Assembly (NCBI RefSeq): GCF_006345805.1
Contig: NC_043011.1
Span: 26,424,464-26,488,463, forward strand
DNA: 64,000 bases
Direction of reading: 5' to 3'
DNA from: Octopus sinensis
Taxonomy: Eukaryota
Shown here: one piece after another, positions 12,747-26,528 of the stretch
How the letters are laid out: each line of letters opens with the position of its first letter
Position numbering within the stretch: the stretch's first letter is position 1
Made by a program: the position numbers and the translations under genes
The notes under the pieces: model-generated
Told to the model about the DNA's origin: nothing
The model's database searches: none
What the model saw: only the letters and a program-made list of their open reading frames with translations

Positions 12747-13761
12747 CTGCAGACACAAAGAATTTAAAATATTAACAAAACATGTCACCAATTTTGAAGA
12801 AATTTAAAAGAAAAGGTGGAGGTGCAATAAATATTTAAGAAACAAATAATATCAGTAAATCTCTGATAAGATAGAAATGTGGAAGAAATTGTTAAATTAA
12901 CTGGTCTTTGCTGTGTTCTGATTAAAGATTACATAAAAAGTGTGTAAAACATACAAACATGAAGTAGATAAGTTAGAGCAGCAGTCCCCAAACACTTTTT
13001 ACATCAGAGACTGGTTTTCATGCAAGACAGTTTTTCCACAGACAGCAGGATCACACACATAACACTAAGTGCACAATATATAATTTATTATATATTATAA
13101 TTACATGTTATACATATATATTATTTATGGCTTTATGTGTACTTCAAGCTCCACAGTTCCAAAAAATAATTAGTTCACATTATCTTGAAGGTTTATAAGA
13201 GAAGACCCGCCCACCACAACAGAATTGAGATCCTAAAACCAACGTGCCATAAAAAGCATTAGTATGGGTGCTGGTGGCAGGTAAAAAAACGCACTGATGC
13301 CACATATAAACCACTGGTGATGGTGCCATGTAAAAAGCACCCAGTACACTCTGAAAAGTGGTTGGCGTTAGAAAGGGCATCCAGCAATAGAAACCATGCC
13401 AAAACAGACAATGAAACCTGGTGCAGCCTCCTGTCAAGCCATCAAACCCATGCCAGCATGGAAAATGGATATTAAGTGTTGATAACAAAGATGATAGGAT
13501 ATCAACTATATATATATATTTTTGAGAGTGAGACAGACAGACAGAGAAAACAAAGAGAGAGAGGGACAATGAGAAATAGTGTCTATGTTTATCTGCTCAT
13601 GCATTAGACAGATAGCTAATGGGGTGTGGAGTAAAAGTTAGAAGTGCATGCTTAGCAAGTAGCTTTCAATGGATGTGAGACATGGAAGAATTTACAACTC
13701 TTAGTGGCAGCGACAGAACAAAGAGTCAAAATGTAAAAGATTCTTGCCAAAGAATTAATAC

Positions 13762-13890
13762 CTTTTTAGCTTCAAACAAATATTTCTGTCCTTCAAGACT
13801 CCAGATGGCATCATTACACTCTTTTATTTCATCAACGAAGGTCTCTTTAGCTTTAGCTATTGGTTTAGTGTAGGTCTCCTCATAGATTCT
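13762..13890 (-). CDS. ATP5PB: ATP synthase subunit b, coding exon 5 (RIYEETYTKPIAKAKETFVDEIKECNDAIWSLEGQKYLFEAKK)
   Basis: Acceptor ttgtattgcag, donor gtatta; 129 nt, phase 0 to 0; W..EGQKYLFEAK resembles the subunit-b stalk. Confidence 0.9.
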
Positions 13891-14712
13891 CTGCAATACA
13901 ACAAAAATAGCAGCAATAGTTCATATCATGTTAAAATCATTTGAAACTCAGGGGCTCAGTTTTGATACAATGGTGTGGGGTATAAAACTGAATCTTCTCT
14001 AAGTTTGGAGCTTTGCATTAAATTTACCTAAGATGTCAGAGTCCCTTAAACACCTGGTATTTCCACCCATTCACAAAACTTATCCTGCGTTTTGTTGCTT
14101 TTTTCTTTTTTTTTTTTTTTCACTACTGAATGGTAGCCCTCAATCTAGTTCAATGTGCTCGAATGCTATAACTCAAGTTCTGTTAATACTCATAATCATA
14201 CATGCAGGTAGAGGATTTTTTTAAAGATTTATTTTGATAAAAATGTCAATGGTGGTAGGTCAGATAATCATTACTAAATATAAAAGTGAAAATTAACACT
14301 TGTGAAAATGTAAACATTACAACAAACTATCTAACTGTATCCAAAATCAGGGGAAAAAATTAAAAAACATCACATCAGACTAATAGCCTACAAAATATTC
14401 AATGCATAGAATTTTTATTGATGAAAATAGACCAATATTCTCTATGAAATACGAAATTCATTTGTAAAGAATATGCACAAGGTAAAATATATATATATAA
14501 GTGGCACCCATCAGTCTTATAGACTATGGAAAGTGTCTATGAAGGAGAATGAAGACCAATTTCTGAAATAACTGTGAAGTCAGATCACTGACCTTCAATC
14601 AATGACATTGCTGTATGTTACAAAGTCAATGCTTGGTTAGATATATGTAATATTATTAACAGTCTGTTCATAGTAGACATTTAAATCTGGCAAATAACCA
14701 CTTGTAGATTAT

Positions 14713-15093
14713 TCATATATATATATATAAAACTGTAGTTGTGTGAGTGTCTGTCCCCTTCGATTTAGATTCCTAACTACTCCCACATTTTGCGGTGCAG
14801 TTTAACCAAATTCGGGTATCTTATAGTCGTGATTCATATCAACCCATCTGAGTATTAGCGCGCGTCTACGATGAGTCTACGATTTTAAAAATAATTTAAC
14901 ATCATTTTTATGATGTAAAGCGTTGTCAAGGAGACCAGCGTTCTTTTAGAACAACGACTTCATGGCTTGAAGACACCAAAACAGAAATGGCTAAGAAAGC
15001 CCGAATTGGCATCTATAAGGGAAGTAACTCTCTAAAAATGCTTATATAGTTATTTCCCTTACAAACCCGAGCAACGCCGGGCGATACTGCTAG
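14713..15093 (+). mobile_element. Non-autonomous Helitron
   Basis: 5' TC-(TA)n-AAAAC start; 3' GC hairpin cccgagcaacgccggg then CTAG|T. Confidence 0.7.
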
Positions 15094-15433
15094 TATATAT
15101 ATATAAATATTTTCTCTACAACAATAAATGAATATTAGATATAACTGAACACTCATCATGGAACTTTCATACAAAATAACAGATTGTAATAGCTGTCAGC
15201 AGTTTGCCATATTCCCAGCATACTTGCTTCGTAGATCATCAAAATATTTACTCTCACAGCCTATTCTACCCTATTTAACTCTAGACACAAGAGTGGGATA
15301 AGTGAGTGCAAACTATCACTATTCCTTTGCCTCATCCAACTAAAAGACTAAAAACTAAGTGAGAAATGAAGTTATGCCCATACTCTCATGAGACAAAGAG
15401 ACAAAAGTAACATTGACAAGTTGTTAACTTTAC

Positions 15434-15597
15434 CTGTTGCTTGCCTTCTAAAAATTTAGCCATACCAGGACCAACTTTGTAAACGAGGAAAAGGAAGGCG
15501 CCAGTAAATCCTATTACATCAGCAAAACCATGGTCTATAACCCAAATTTCCTTGGACATTACAGTGGCCAACAAACCAGCCCCAAGGACATATGGAC
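15434..15597 (-). CDS. ATP5PB: ATP synthase subunit b, coding exon 4 (GPYVLGAGLLATVMSKEIWVIDHG...KFLEGKQQ; membrane segments)
   Basis: GPYVLG..SKEI motif; acceptor cttttccag, donor gtaaag; 164 nt, phase 1 to 0; overlaps ORF 15386..15574. Confidence 0.95.
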
Positions 15598-16543
15598 CTG
15601 GAAAAGAACAATGAAGAAATAAGATAGAGTTTAAGGTTTCATTTAGTGTGTCAGGAAAAGAGAAAGAAGAGGAGGAAGTTTAGCCAGAATACTTCACATG
15701 GAGTTTCAATAGAAGAGGCAGTAACTTTAAACAGATAGAGGAATGAAGGTGGAGGGAAAAGAGAGAAAGAGGAAGGGAGAGAGAAAGGAAGTGCAGGGAG
15801 AGGGGGAGAGAGAGAAATGATGAGAGAAGACAAGTCTTTTATTTTTCACTTGTTTCTGCCATTAGACTGCAGCCATGCTGGGACAACATCTTGAAGAATT
15901 TTAACTGAATGTATCAACCCAAGTACTTAGTTTTAAGTCTGGTTCTTATCCTGTCACACACACACACACACACACACACAACAGGCTTCTTTCAGTTTCT
16001 GTCTACCAAATCCACCCACAAGGATTTGGTTAGTGCAAGGTTATAGAAGACACTTATCCAAGGTGCCACAGTGAATATAACGATGTGGATAACAAGAGAT
16101 ATCTTTACCTCTGGATATGATAGAGGCAACAGCAACATTAAAAAATGATAATCATATATATGTGTGCACGTGTGTGTGTGTGTATATATATATATATATT
16201 AAAAAGCACCCACTACACTCACGGAGTGGTTGGCGTTAGGAAGGGCATCCAGCTGTAGAAACATTGCCAGATAAGACTGGAGCCTGGTGCAGCCTTCTGG
16301 CTTCCCAGATCCCCGGTTGAACCGTCCAACCCATGCTAGCATGGAGAACGGACGTTAAACGATGATGATGATGATATATATATAGGCGTAGGAGTGGCTG
16401 TGTGGTAAGTAGCTTGCTTACCAGCCCCATGGTTCTGGGTTCAGTCCCACTGCATGGCACCTTCAGCGAGTATCTTCTACTATAGCCTCGGGCCGACCAA
16501 AACCTTGTGAGTGGATTTGGTAGACAGAAACTGAAAGCCCATC

Positions 16544-16596
<53 letters not shown>

Positions 16597-17544
16597 ACCA
16601 TGCAATGAAATTGAACTGTATATGTTTGTCTGTCTGTGTTTGTCCCACCAACATCACTTGACAACCGATGCTGGTGTGCTTATGTCCCCCTAACTTTGAG
16701 GTTCAGCAAAAGAGACCGATAGAATAAGTACTAGGCTTACAAAGAATAAGTCTTGGGGTCGATTTGCTCGACTAAAAGCAGTGCTCCAGCATGACCACAG
16801 TCAAATGATTGAAACAAGTAAAAGAATAAAAAAGAGTAAAGAGAGAATATATATATATATATACAGGTATGGTGATGCAAACAGGAAAAATACAACTCAA
16901 AATATGAGTATATGTATATTTTTATTAATATTTAGCAGAAGCAACAGAGTGACTCAAGGACCAAGAGTTTCATGCATTGACACTTATCAAACATATATAG
17001 TCATCAATAAACATTCTCACATCTTGCATCTTTCATCTCTCTCTCATTAACTGTGTGTGTGAGTGAGTGAATGAATGTGTGTGCACGTGCACAGATGGGG
17101 TTGTTTGGTTAAGAAGCTTGCTTCTCAACCATGCAGTCTTCGGTCCCACTATGCAGCATCTTGAGCAAAAGTCTACTACTATAGCCCTGGACTGACCACG
17201 CCTTATGAGTAGATTTGGATGATGGATCCAATACTTTCAGAGAGGCTCCCAAAACTGTTTCCATAAACCCAATCTCATTCACAAGCCTGGGGTTAGCCCA
17301 AGGCTATCATAAAAAAAAGAAGAACACCTGCCCAAGATGCCATGCAGTGAGATTGAACTGAATATCTCATAACTGTGAAGCAAACTTCTTGACTGTTTAG
17401 CCATGCTGGCCTGAAATACCAGTTTTGAGGTAAAGGGGTACGAAACAAAATCAAAGATCAAAGACAACAACAAGCAGTAGAATGAAACAAAGAAACATCA
17501 GCAGATGTACACACATAAACATGACACACTCACGGAGTACTAAC

Positions 17545-17747
17545 CTGTGAAACCAGTTTTGGGATAAAGAAAATCAAACCATGAAGCTGGAACAAAGCCA
17601 AATTTGACAGCCTTTGGTTGGTCCAACATGGCTGGATGAGGAAAATTCTTGACATCTCTCTCGGGGCCAAAATATCTTTCATTGGCTGTCTCCCAGTTCT
17701 TCACCTGCTCAACGACAGATGAAGACAGCCTGGCAGGAACTGAAATG
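17545..17747 (-). CDS. ATP5PB: ATP synthase subunit b, coding exon 3 (ISVPARLSSS...PERDVKNFPHP...KFGFVPASWFDFLYPKTGFT-G)
   Basis: Recognisable subunit-b motif (human VRYGLIPEEFFQFLYPKTGVTG, recalled); acceptor ttttcag, donor gttagt; 203 nt, phase 2 to 1. Confidence 0.95.
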
Positions 17748-19293
17748 CTGAAAAATAATTAAATAAATAAGTAAAACTCCTTTCTAGTGTAGGTAAAAGG
17801 CCCGAAATGTTGGGGGACGTGGGTGCTAATCAACTTCATTAACCCTAAGGCTGAGCTGGTACGATAATGATGATAATAATAATAATAATCTTTTCTATAG
17901 GCACAAGGCCTGAAATCTGGGAAAAGGGAGTTAGTTGTTTACATTGACCCTAGTGTATGACTGGTACTTAATTTATCAACCATGAAAAAATGAAAAGCAA
18001 AGTCAACCTTGGCAGAATTTTAACTCAGAATGTAAAGACAGATGAACTGTTAAGAATTTTGTCCAGTGTGCTAACAATTCTGCCAGTTCACTGCCTTAAA
18101 AATAATAGTACCAGGCATTGGCTCTCATGGCTTCTGATCTTCACTGATTGGAAGAGTTATCATGTACATTGTTTTGTCTTGGTATAAAAGATGGGCTACA
18201 GCAAATATTCGGCTCAATACCACAGATTTGATTGTCAGTTGTTTGACCGTAACCAGTTGACCATGTCCCTTTGTGGCTGATGATATGTGCATCTTTAATC
18301 AAGAGCAGTAGAGGAGCACCATAGCCATGTGTTGAGAGGAATTCTTTGGGGTTTGGATAATTCACTTATGGAAACATGAGTGTTTCATTCATCATCCTTA
18401 AACAACCTTTATTCAAGGACCTTTTGAGCAGGATGAGCTACACAACCTGAAGAGAATTCTAACTGGGCCCCACCTGCAAGGTCATGCACTGTTTATCTTG
18501 ATATGAGATCACCATGTCGCACACATATGGTTGTGATGCATGTGCCTGGTGTATCCTTATCAGATGGAAAGTCATGATGGGTAAACTGAGCTTCATATAT
18601 TTGTAATCTAGTGTCACTTTCATGGCATGCACTGCTCTCCCACTCAATAATAATAATAATAATTATTATGGTTTAACATTTTGGCACAAGTCCAGGAATT
18701 TGTGGGGAGGGGTAAGACAATTACATCACTCCCAGTGCTCAACTGGTATTTATTTTCTCGAGCCCGAAAAGATGAATGGCAAAGATGACCTTAGTGAAAT
18801 TTGAACTCAGAACATAAAGATGAATGAAATGCCACTAAGCATTTCACCCAGCATGGTAATGACTCTGCCAGCTCGCTGCCTTAATAATTCTTTCTATTAT
18901 AGGTACTAGGCCTGAAATTTGGGGAGAGGAGAAAGCCAGCAATTTTTGGGGAGGGGTAACTGGTACTTACTTCATCAACCCCAAAAGGAAGAAAGTCAAA
19001 GTCAACCTTGGCAGAATTTGAACTCAGGACAGAAAGACAGACAAAATGTCACTAAACATTTTGCCTGACATGCTAATGATTCAGCCAGTTCACTATCTAA
19101 GAAAACGAAATTATTATATTAACTTCTATTTTATTTAGTAATCACATTATATATTAACTTTCTCATTATACAACTCAGACCTGACTTACTATTACGCTAC
19201 AATTGTTGATCCTAACATTGTTCCATTGAAATAGGTGCCTATATCAACCAGACTGAGTGAGGATCTTACTTTAGACAAAGTATTTTTATTTAT

Positions 19294-19597
19294 GCGCCCT
19301 TTTCAAGCCCAGCCAGGCTCATGGGCCCGGTTTCCCAGTTTCTGTGGCATATGTGGTGTTCCCCCCAGCTGGATGGGATGCCAGTCCATCATAGCGTTAC
19401 TCAAGAAACAGGAAGAAAAAGAGTGAAAGAAAGTTGGGGCGAAAAAGTATAACATGGATCGCCACCACCCCCTGCCAGAGCCTCGTGGAGCTTTGGGTGT
19501 TTTCGCTCAATAAACACAATGCCCAGTCTGGGAATCGAAACCCCGATCCTCCAAATGCGAGTCTGCTGCCCTAACCACTGGGCCATAGCGCCTCCAC
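19294..19597 (-). mobile_element. tRNA-headed SINE; other copies at about 11893-12196, 29810-30100 and 56134-56440 (all minus)
   Basis: Head gtggaggcgc(a/t)atggcccagtggttagggcagc...gtttcgattcc shared by all four; the 56.1-kb copy has a different 3' half. Confidence 0.85.
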
Positions 19598-19677
19598 CTT
19601 TAGACAAAGGAGTAGGCTAAAAGTCAATATGTAAGTGACAGACTATATGAAGAGTTTGTGTATTGAACATTACTCAC

Positions 19678-19717
19678 TGTTTTCCATTCAACTGCTTCAG
19701 CACACAGCCAAAATGGC
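19678..19717 (-). CDS. ATP5PB: ATP synthase subunit b, coding exon 2 (HFGCVLKQLNGK-H)
   Basis: Acceptor tttctatcttttgcag, donor gtgagt; 40 nt, phase 1 to 2, the only open frame that fits both neighbouring exons. Confidence 0.85.
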
Positions 19718-22217
19718 CTGCAAAAGATAGAAATAACATTTATAGAAACTCAACTGTAATGTTTGTTGAATGTCTTGCCTGCCAACAAGTGCTAGAAACT
19801 ACTTCATTTCTAAACAGTTGCTGACTCTACAAGTACTATTTATATATATACAGATACAGGTTAGTCTGGCTATTATACATACACACACACACACTGAAGC
19901 ACATTAGAAAAACAAAAAAGACTATGTGACTAAACAGGTCAGTATTCACTCACAATGAGAGCCTCTATATGGTCAGTTAACTTGCTAAACTTAGAAGACA
20001 ACCCTCCATTGAAATCACGTTTCATTACTTCAGAAAAGGGCCAAACCTTGTGCCTATAGTAGAAAGATTTTAGAAAAGGGTACTTTGAATGTAATTCTGA
20101 GTTACCTGCACATAGGCAAAATGGTGAAGGTCACATTTGGAATGTCTTTGATCAAAGATCTGCTTAATCAGGACTAAACAACAAGCTCACTGACTCTATT
20201 CTGTCTCTTAAACTAAAATGGTCATCCTGGCAAACTATATACAATCTCCACCTCAAACTACTAAATGTACTCACCATGTTGTTCTTACATCTCATACACC
20301 TGATCTTAAAACTCAATACTACACCAAGTTCCTCCTCCCCGGGGTGCAACCCTCTTAATTTCCAACCTTTTGCACATTTTCTCTCACATTTTTGCAGAAT
20401 TTTAAATAAAATATCAGCTGCACTAACCTCACCAGCCAGTGAGAACTATAAGCATTGCCTCTCTTCCTTGAACTGAATATTAATACTGCAGTTTTTAACA
20501 AGGCTAAACATTAACACAAGGGATTAGAGCAAGTTTAACATTAGTTTCCTTTTTACTGTTTAACTGACAAGAAGTATGTACTTGCAGAAATAATGCTTCT
20601 ATTCCTTGGTCATTAGGCCATCATGAAATAAAAAAACTGATTTGAATTCACAACAATGAGTTATCTAACTTTAGATACTACAACACATCGTGCTTTCATT
20701 CAACTGACTATCATTACACTAGCTACCCCTACCAGCTGCCAACAACACCATAGTAAGGACAAGCGTTTCTTCTAGATATCATTAAGAACACAATTAGGTG
20801 GTAGGAATGAAGAGTACAAATAAATTAATTTGTCCATTCCTTGCAGCTAACAGCCGCAAGCACATACTCTTGTTGTTTGCAAAGCCAGCTGAAAGTGCAT
20901 CTTGGATACATTGATTCTCAGGTCATCTAACCTTGAAGTACTAGTGAAATCATACAGTGTGATCTCAGGATCAGTGTCAGATGATGCATGAGTTCAGAAA
21001 GAATGCAATCAACTTAAAGTTTCCTTTGATTACGTAAGTCCTACCAAGTAGCCAGAACAAGAATGAGAAGTACATTAAATTAGCTTGTACTGTTTCACAA
21101 GACTAATAATGTTCAGCCATGGTCTCAAATAGAGATGAAGCTATACAGGAAGATTCCTGGATTTCAAGTAACTCCATTAACACCTACACAAATCGAAGGC
21201 CTGTTGTTTATAGGTGTTTGTGAATTGGCTCCTGAAAACACTGAGTTTAGTTCATTGACTGTATGAGTGTTTCCAATCTATAAGCAAAGCATGTTGTTCC
21301 ATGAGGTAACTGTTATCGGAATTCAGAATCTACTTCTTGCCAGTTTTCCAATGCATACCAATGCCATTTGGAAGATTTTACCCACACTGACATCATGCCT
21401 AAGCTGACTTCATCCATTGCTGTAGTGGTAAGTATTCAAGACAGATTTTGACAAGAGCACTTGTCTAAATAGCTATAGATTGTTGTTGTTTGATTCCCAT
21501 TTAGCTGTGATCCAGGAGTCATACAACTGAAGACATTCCAAACATAACCATTACAGACTGGCATCAAATCAAAATGAAAGCAGACAGTGACAAACAACAG
21601 TGAATGGAGTCCAAAAACTAACAAGGGTCTACAATTAAACTGTATCTGCTGAGACTACTATGGTCCCTGGGGCTACTTTCTTACATAATCCGTAACATTT
21701 CTGACTCTATACCACCACTTATATCCATTTGCTTCATTAATGTAATTCAAATTACATTTGAATTAACTTTTACAATCCAGTCGTCCTTTCACACAGAATT
21801 TCATCTTTTTCTATACCAAAGACCCTGAAGCGGGCATGGCTGTGTGGTTAGGGAGCTTGCTTCCTGGCTATATGGTTTCGGGTTCAGTCCCACTGCGTGG
21901 CACTTTGGGTAGGTGTCTTTCACTATAGCCCCGAGCTGACCGGAGCTTTGTGATTGAATTCGGTAGGTGGAAGTTACTGCCGTGTGTGTATATGTGCGTG
22001 TAGGTGCTTGTGCCTCTCCGAAAGCGAGAGAGGGAATGGAACTGTCATTATGTATAGCTGAAAAAATATAAGTCGAAACAATTTGTTGGCCTTTTATGGT
22101 TTTTATAATTATTTATGTTATATAATATGTTATATTCATAGTATTTAATGTAATATTGTAATATAAATAAATTATTGGATTGCCAATAAGATATCTCTAT
22201 ATTTATCTTTATATACC

Positions 22218-22248
<31 letters not shown>

Positions 22249-22327
22249 AAAGATTGATATTTAAATATCTATCTCATCAAGTGGCCAGCATGGGAATAAA
22301 AACCTTTCAAAGGTAATAATTATTTAA

Positions 22328-22580
22328 AAATTATAATTTACGGTATCTGAGAGATATCACCACGCTGAAAATAGCAGTCAAAACCTGACTCTAAAGCCAC
22401 ATTAAATGTTCATATAGCACTAGGAGAGAAGACAAAGAGACAAAATAAACTAGCAAAGTTTATTTTGTCTCTTTGTCTTCTCTCCTAGTGCTATATGAAC
22501 ATTTAATGTGGCTTTAGAGTCAGGTTTTGACTGCTATTTTCAGTGTGGTGGTATCTCTCAGATACCCTAAATTATAATTT
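22328..22580. repeat. Fold-back palindrome: 124-bp arms, 5-nt loop, 3 mismatches, in ATP5PB intron 1
   Basis: 22328-22451 versus 22457-22580; the right arm ends in (AT)n. Confidence 0.95.
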
Positions 22581-24646
22581 ATATATATATACACACACAC
22601 ACCCGCACTCAATAATAAATAAGCTAATTATTTTATTGAATTCCTCCAAAGTCTTGATTAATGGTTTTTAATTATTTAAAAATAAGCAGGGTTTTTTTTT
22701 GGGGGGGGGGTTATAGTCGAAAAAGACCAAAGACCAACCTTCCTTTAACGATATCTTTTTTGTACAACTATATAAAATAAAGTATTCTGTCTTTAAATGT
22801 GATTTTGTGAAATGGCATAAGGAACAACTCTATAGGAGATGAGTATAGTGAATTGAATCACTAAGCTCGATTTAGTCTTATATCAGCAGTCCAGAATTCA
22901 TTAAATTCGTTTTGGCCTCTAATGTACCGGTGTAAATCTTATCGACGATATATATACATAGTACACTTCGAATAATGTGATCTGTTTTTGATGTAACAAT
23001 GATAGAGTGGTCATGGCTGGTAGGCTTACGACCATAGGTGATCCTCCATTTGTGTATTAAAAGTGAAGGGTCATAGAAAGCAAAAACTCTTGCTGCCAAC
23101 CGTTTCACTCCAGGTCACCTAATGTCCTTGAAGAAATAATAAAGGCATGAACATCACATAAACTCATTGCTGATGTTGATAAATTAAAGGTCTTAAGCAT
23201 ATGTAGGAAGATATCGTTAAATAGAATAAAGGGGTGCATAAATATCATGAACGTTGCTAGACTGAGCTATAATTGCCAATTTACGTTACATTTCAGTGTT
23301 GCACGCTTTTTTTTTTTCCTAATTTAATTTGGACTATTTGCTACTTAAAATTTTTCATTTTCAAAAGGCAAAAATCCAATTGAATATCATATTAAATTAT
23401 CATTTGAACCGACCTACAAGCAATCATTGTACTTGCGTACGTATATATGCACGCATGTATGTATGTACATATGTAATTAACAAGTGCAAAATATAATTTT
23501 GGGGCTACTTTCTTACATAATCCGCAATATTTCGTGAATTTAATGTGATAACCCTTCATATCATTAACTGCACACTCTGAAATAAATTACTTGTCTATTG
23601 TGACCTGTAGATTAAAGCAGTAGAGGTGAGGGGAGTTTCTTTACCCTCACCCTCATTTGCAGTAAGTAGGACGTAACTTCGAAGGTGATGAGCGGATGGA
23701 AGAGTAAGTTCATTCTAGCATAAAGAAAGCCGACATAGAAATAAAAATACAAAATAACTCTACACACGGGATTTTTTTTTTTTTTAATCTATCAATATAA
23801 ACAATTATTTTTAAAATATACATTGGTATGAAACCTCAGCTTCAATGATAATTGACGGATGAAAATCCCGTCCTAGATATTAAATTATTTTTACTACCAG
23901 AATAACAATGTCCTGAACGTAGAGTTCAAACGTATTAAGAGAACTGCGGTTGACGTTGAAGAGGATAAAGGAACGAAATCATAGAATTAAAAAATCCATA
24001 CGTGTAACTTTTGATTACAACAAAACATGCTATGAGGTACATATCAACAAGGGTATTCTGATATAATAACTAGTAATAAGCATAGGCACTTTTTTGGCTT
24101 TACATGTGTATAATACACGTTACGTATGTGCGTGAGTGTGTGTGTGTGGATATGCATACGGTGCGTTTATATATTTCAGTGCACTTTAAAAGTGCAAAAG
24201 AGGAAAGACAGCATCTAAGGGCATTTTTTAAACCCGTCTCACATAATTGCTAGACTATAGTATTATAATAGAAGATGATTGCTCGATTCATTTTGAGATA
24301 TGTAGAAGGGTATCAGAAATCGCAAAAGATAAACGGCCCGTGTGTAATTTTTTAATAAATCAATCTAGTTACAAAAGCAAGCAGACAAGATCAACAAGGA
24401 CATTCTGATATAATGGCTGTTAGAATATATATATATATATATATAATACTAAATACAATATAACATTGAGACGTCGTGCACATGAGGGAGGACGAGTAAA
24501 GAGAAATTAGCTGTCAAGGTCAATAACGTTACTTAAGATCAACTGATGTCTTTCTTACCAGGTTTATATTGCAAACCTTATATAGTAGAACCATTTGATA
24601 AATTACAGCTAGATGCATGTACGAGTCATTGTGTTCACATACTCAC

Positions 24647-24674
24647 CAGATCTTAAAGTCCTTACTGCCAGCAT
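24647..24674 (-). CDS. ATP5PB: ATP synthase subunit b, coding exon 1 (MLAVRTLRS-G, start of mitochondrial presequence)
   Basis: ATG at 24674 with an upstream in-frame stop; donor G|GTGAGT; phase 1 joins in frame to the 40-nt exon 2; Arg/Ser/Leu-rich presequence-like peptide. Confidence 0.8.
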
Positions 24675-25401
24675 AACCGGGGTCGAATATTTTGCCAATC
24701 TCGTCTCGTAAGGAAATGGATGGTCCAGACAGATTTATTACTTTTAATAGTTTCGTAGTAACTCATCGGTTTAAGCAATATATATCTGTAAATATTAACG
24801 CAAGTAACCTGTAATAATTCCAAAAACTAGTTGTGTCATAAATTTTTATGATCTCAATTGGAAATTTAAATTGTTATCTTTAAATCTAATTTCTATTAAA
24901 ACAGTTATTCGGTTGTTATTTTCGTACAAATCGATTGACGCTTGTTATTAAGGGAGATAATTCAGACTAAATTTTATGCGAAGGTTGTGGTGGGTATTTA
25001 ATTTTAGACTAGTACTAAGTTTTAAATTTTAGATTTTAAAAAGTATATATCTAATCCTAATTAAGGATTTTATCTTTTTATTTAAACTTAAGAACTCAGA
25101 CCTATGTTGCAAGCAATAAGAGATTGCTTGACTTTCATGCTTTTCCCAAGAGTCAAGGAATGCAAATTGAAGTGTTTCCAAATTGTCCGTATTGCGAATA
25201 TTGGCACAAGGCCAACATGTTTTGGGGAGCAGCTGAGTCGATTAAATCGATCCCAGTGCTTAACTGGTACTTATTTTATCAACCCCGAAAGAATTAATGG
25301 CAAAGTTGACCCCAGCTCTATATGAACTCAGAACGTAAGGACGGACGAAATGCCGCTAAGCATTTTGCCCGGCACGCTAACGATTCTGCCAGCTTGCCAC
25401 T

Positions 25402-25477
25402 TTTTTCGGGATTTTTTATTGTAATAGTATTCTCAATATAGATTGAGAATACTATTACAATAAAAAATCCCGAAAAA
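25402..25477. repeat. Perfect palindrome: 36-bp arms, 4-nt loop
   Basis: tttttcgggattttttattgtaatagtattctcaat-atag-attgagaatactattacaataaaaaatcccgaaaaa. Confidence 0.95.
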
Positions 25478-26479
25478 TAACAATTCAGTGAAAATTAATA
25501 CAATTTGCAAAAGTAAAAAGTATGAATATAGAAAAAAAAACGTGTAAAGAAAACCAGGTAATTTTTTATTAAAAAAAAAACATAATGAGTTATGGACACT
25601 GTCATTTATGTATCGTTCAAAGAGACACTCACATTTCCCTCTAAAATAATTTGAGATGACCCAAAACTTTCATGGCATAACTGTGGGTGACTGCGCGGCC
25701 GAAGCGCTGGACCAGCCTAGTACACTCCCTAGCATCATGATATCTCAGTGAAGTGGAACACTAATGAAATCAAAAACTTGAGTAATTCTGCTTAACCGAA
25801 AAGTTACATACCTGAAAAAATGTAATTTACCGAGCTATTTCAGTGTCTTATTCCGTTCAGCTATGGACGCAGTAACTTTGTGCCTCCACTGCCGCATTAA
25901 GAACGTATAATAGACTAAAAGAGCTTATAACGGCGACGTCCCTTATTAGGCATCAGCATCTGACCCAAAAGCAAAGAGTTCGTCAAGCCTTTCCCCATTG
26001 TCTCTGGACAATCCTACTTGCTCTAGAAATGAGGAGACACTCCTAAATGATTTGGCTTTAAAAGTTTGAATTGTGTTAATTGCTAGTACTGGGGGAGGTG
26101 GGGGCTGACATGCCTGAGCTTGCAATTATTAGATCTCACTGCGCGACAAATTGGGTTTTATGCCAGTGTCTCAGGTTAACCCAAACCTTGACTGAAATTA
26201 GACAAATGGAGACTGTTAGGTAACTAATCAGTTGGACTTTTTCTGTAACTCAAAGGACCAGTGTCGCATACTGATTCGGCCTGAGCATTACGTTAAAGGT
26301 ATCTTAATCTTTTACTTGTTCAATTATTGGACTGTGGCTAAGCTGGGGCACCACCTTGAAGGGTGTAGTCGAACAAATCAACCCCAGTACTTATATTCTT
26401 ATTTTCTAAAGTCTGGTACTTATTCCTTCGATTTGTTTTGCTGAACCTATAATTTGCGGCGAGAGAAACACACGAGAAT

Positions 26480-26528
<49 letters not shown>

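Noticed and set aside
20700-21660. Coding-looking composition in ATP5PB intron 1 (also 22878-23108 and 48546-48855)
   Set aside because: Stops in the frames checked and no recognisable motif; probably old transposon debris.
23641-23712. Alternative ATP5PB first exon (MNLLFHPLITFEV...)
   Set aside because: Both donors are phase 0, which puts exon 2 into a frame with a stop.
25803-25824. Minus-strand tttttcag|gtatgt, resembling a recursive splice site
   Set aside because: Lies upstream of the ATP5PB first coding exon; no evidence that it is transcribed within an intron.
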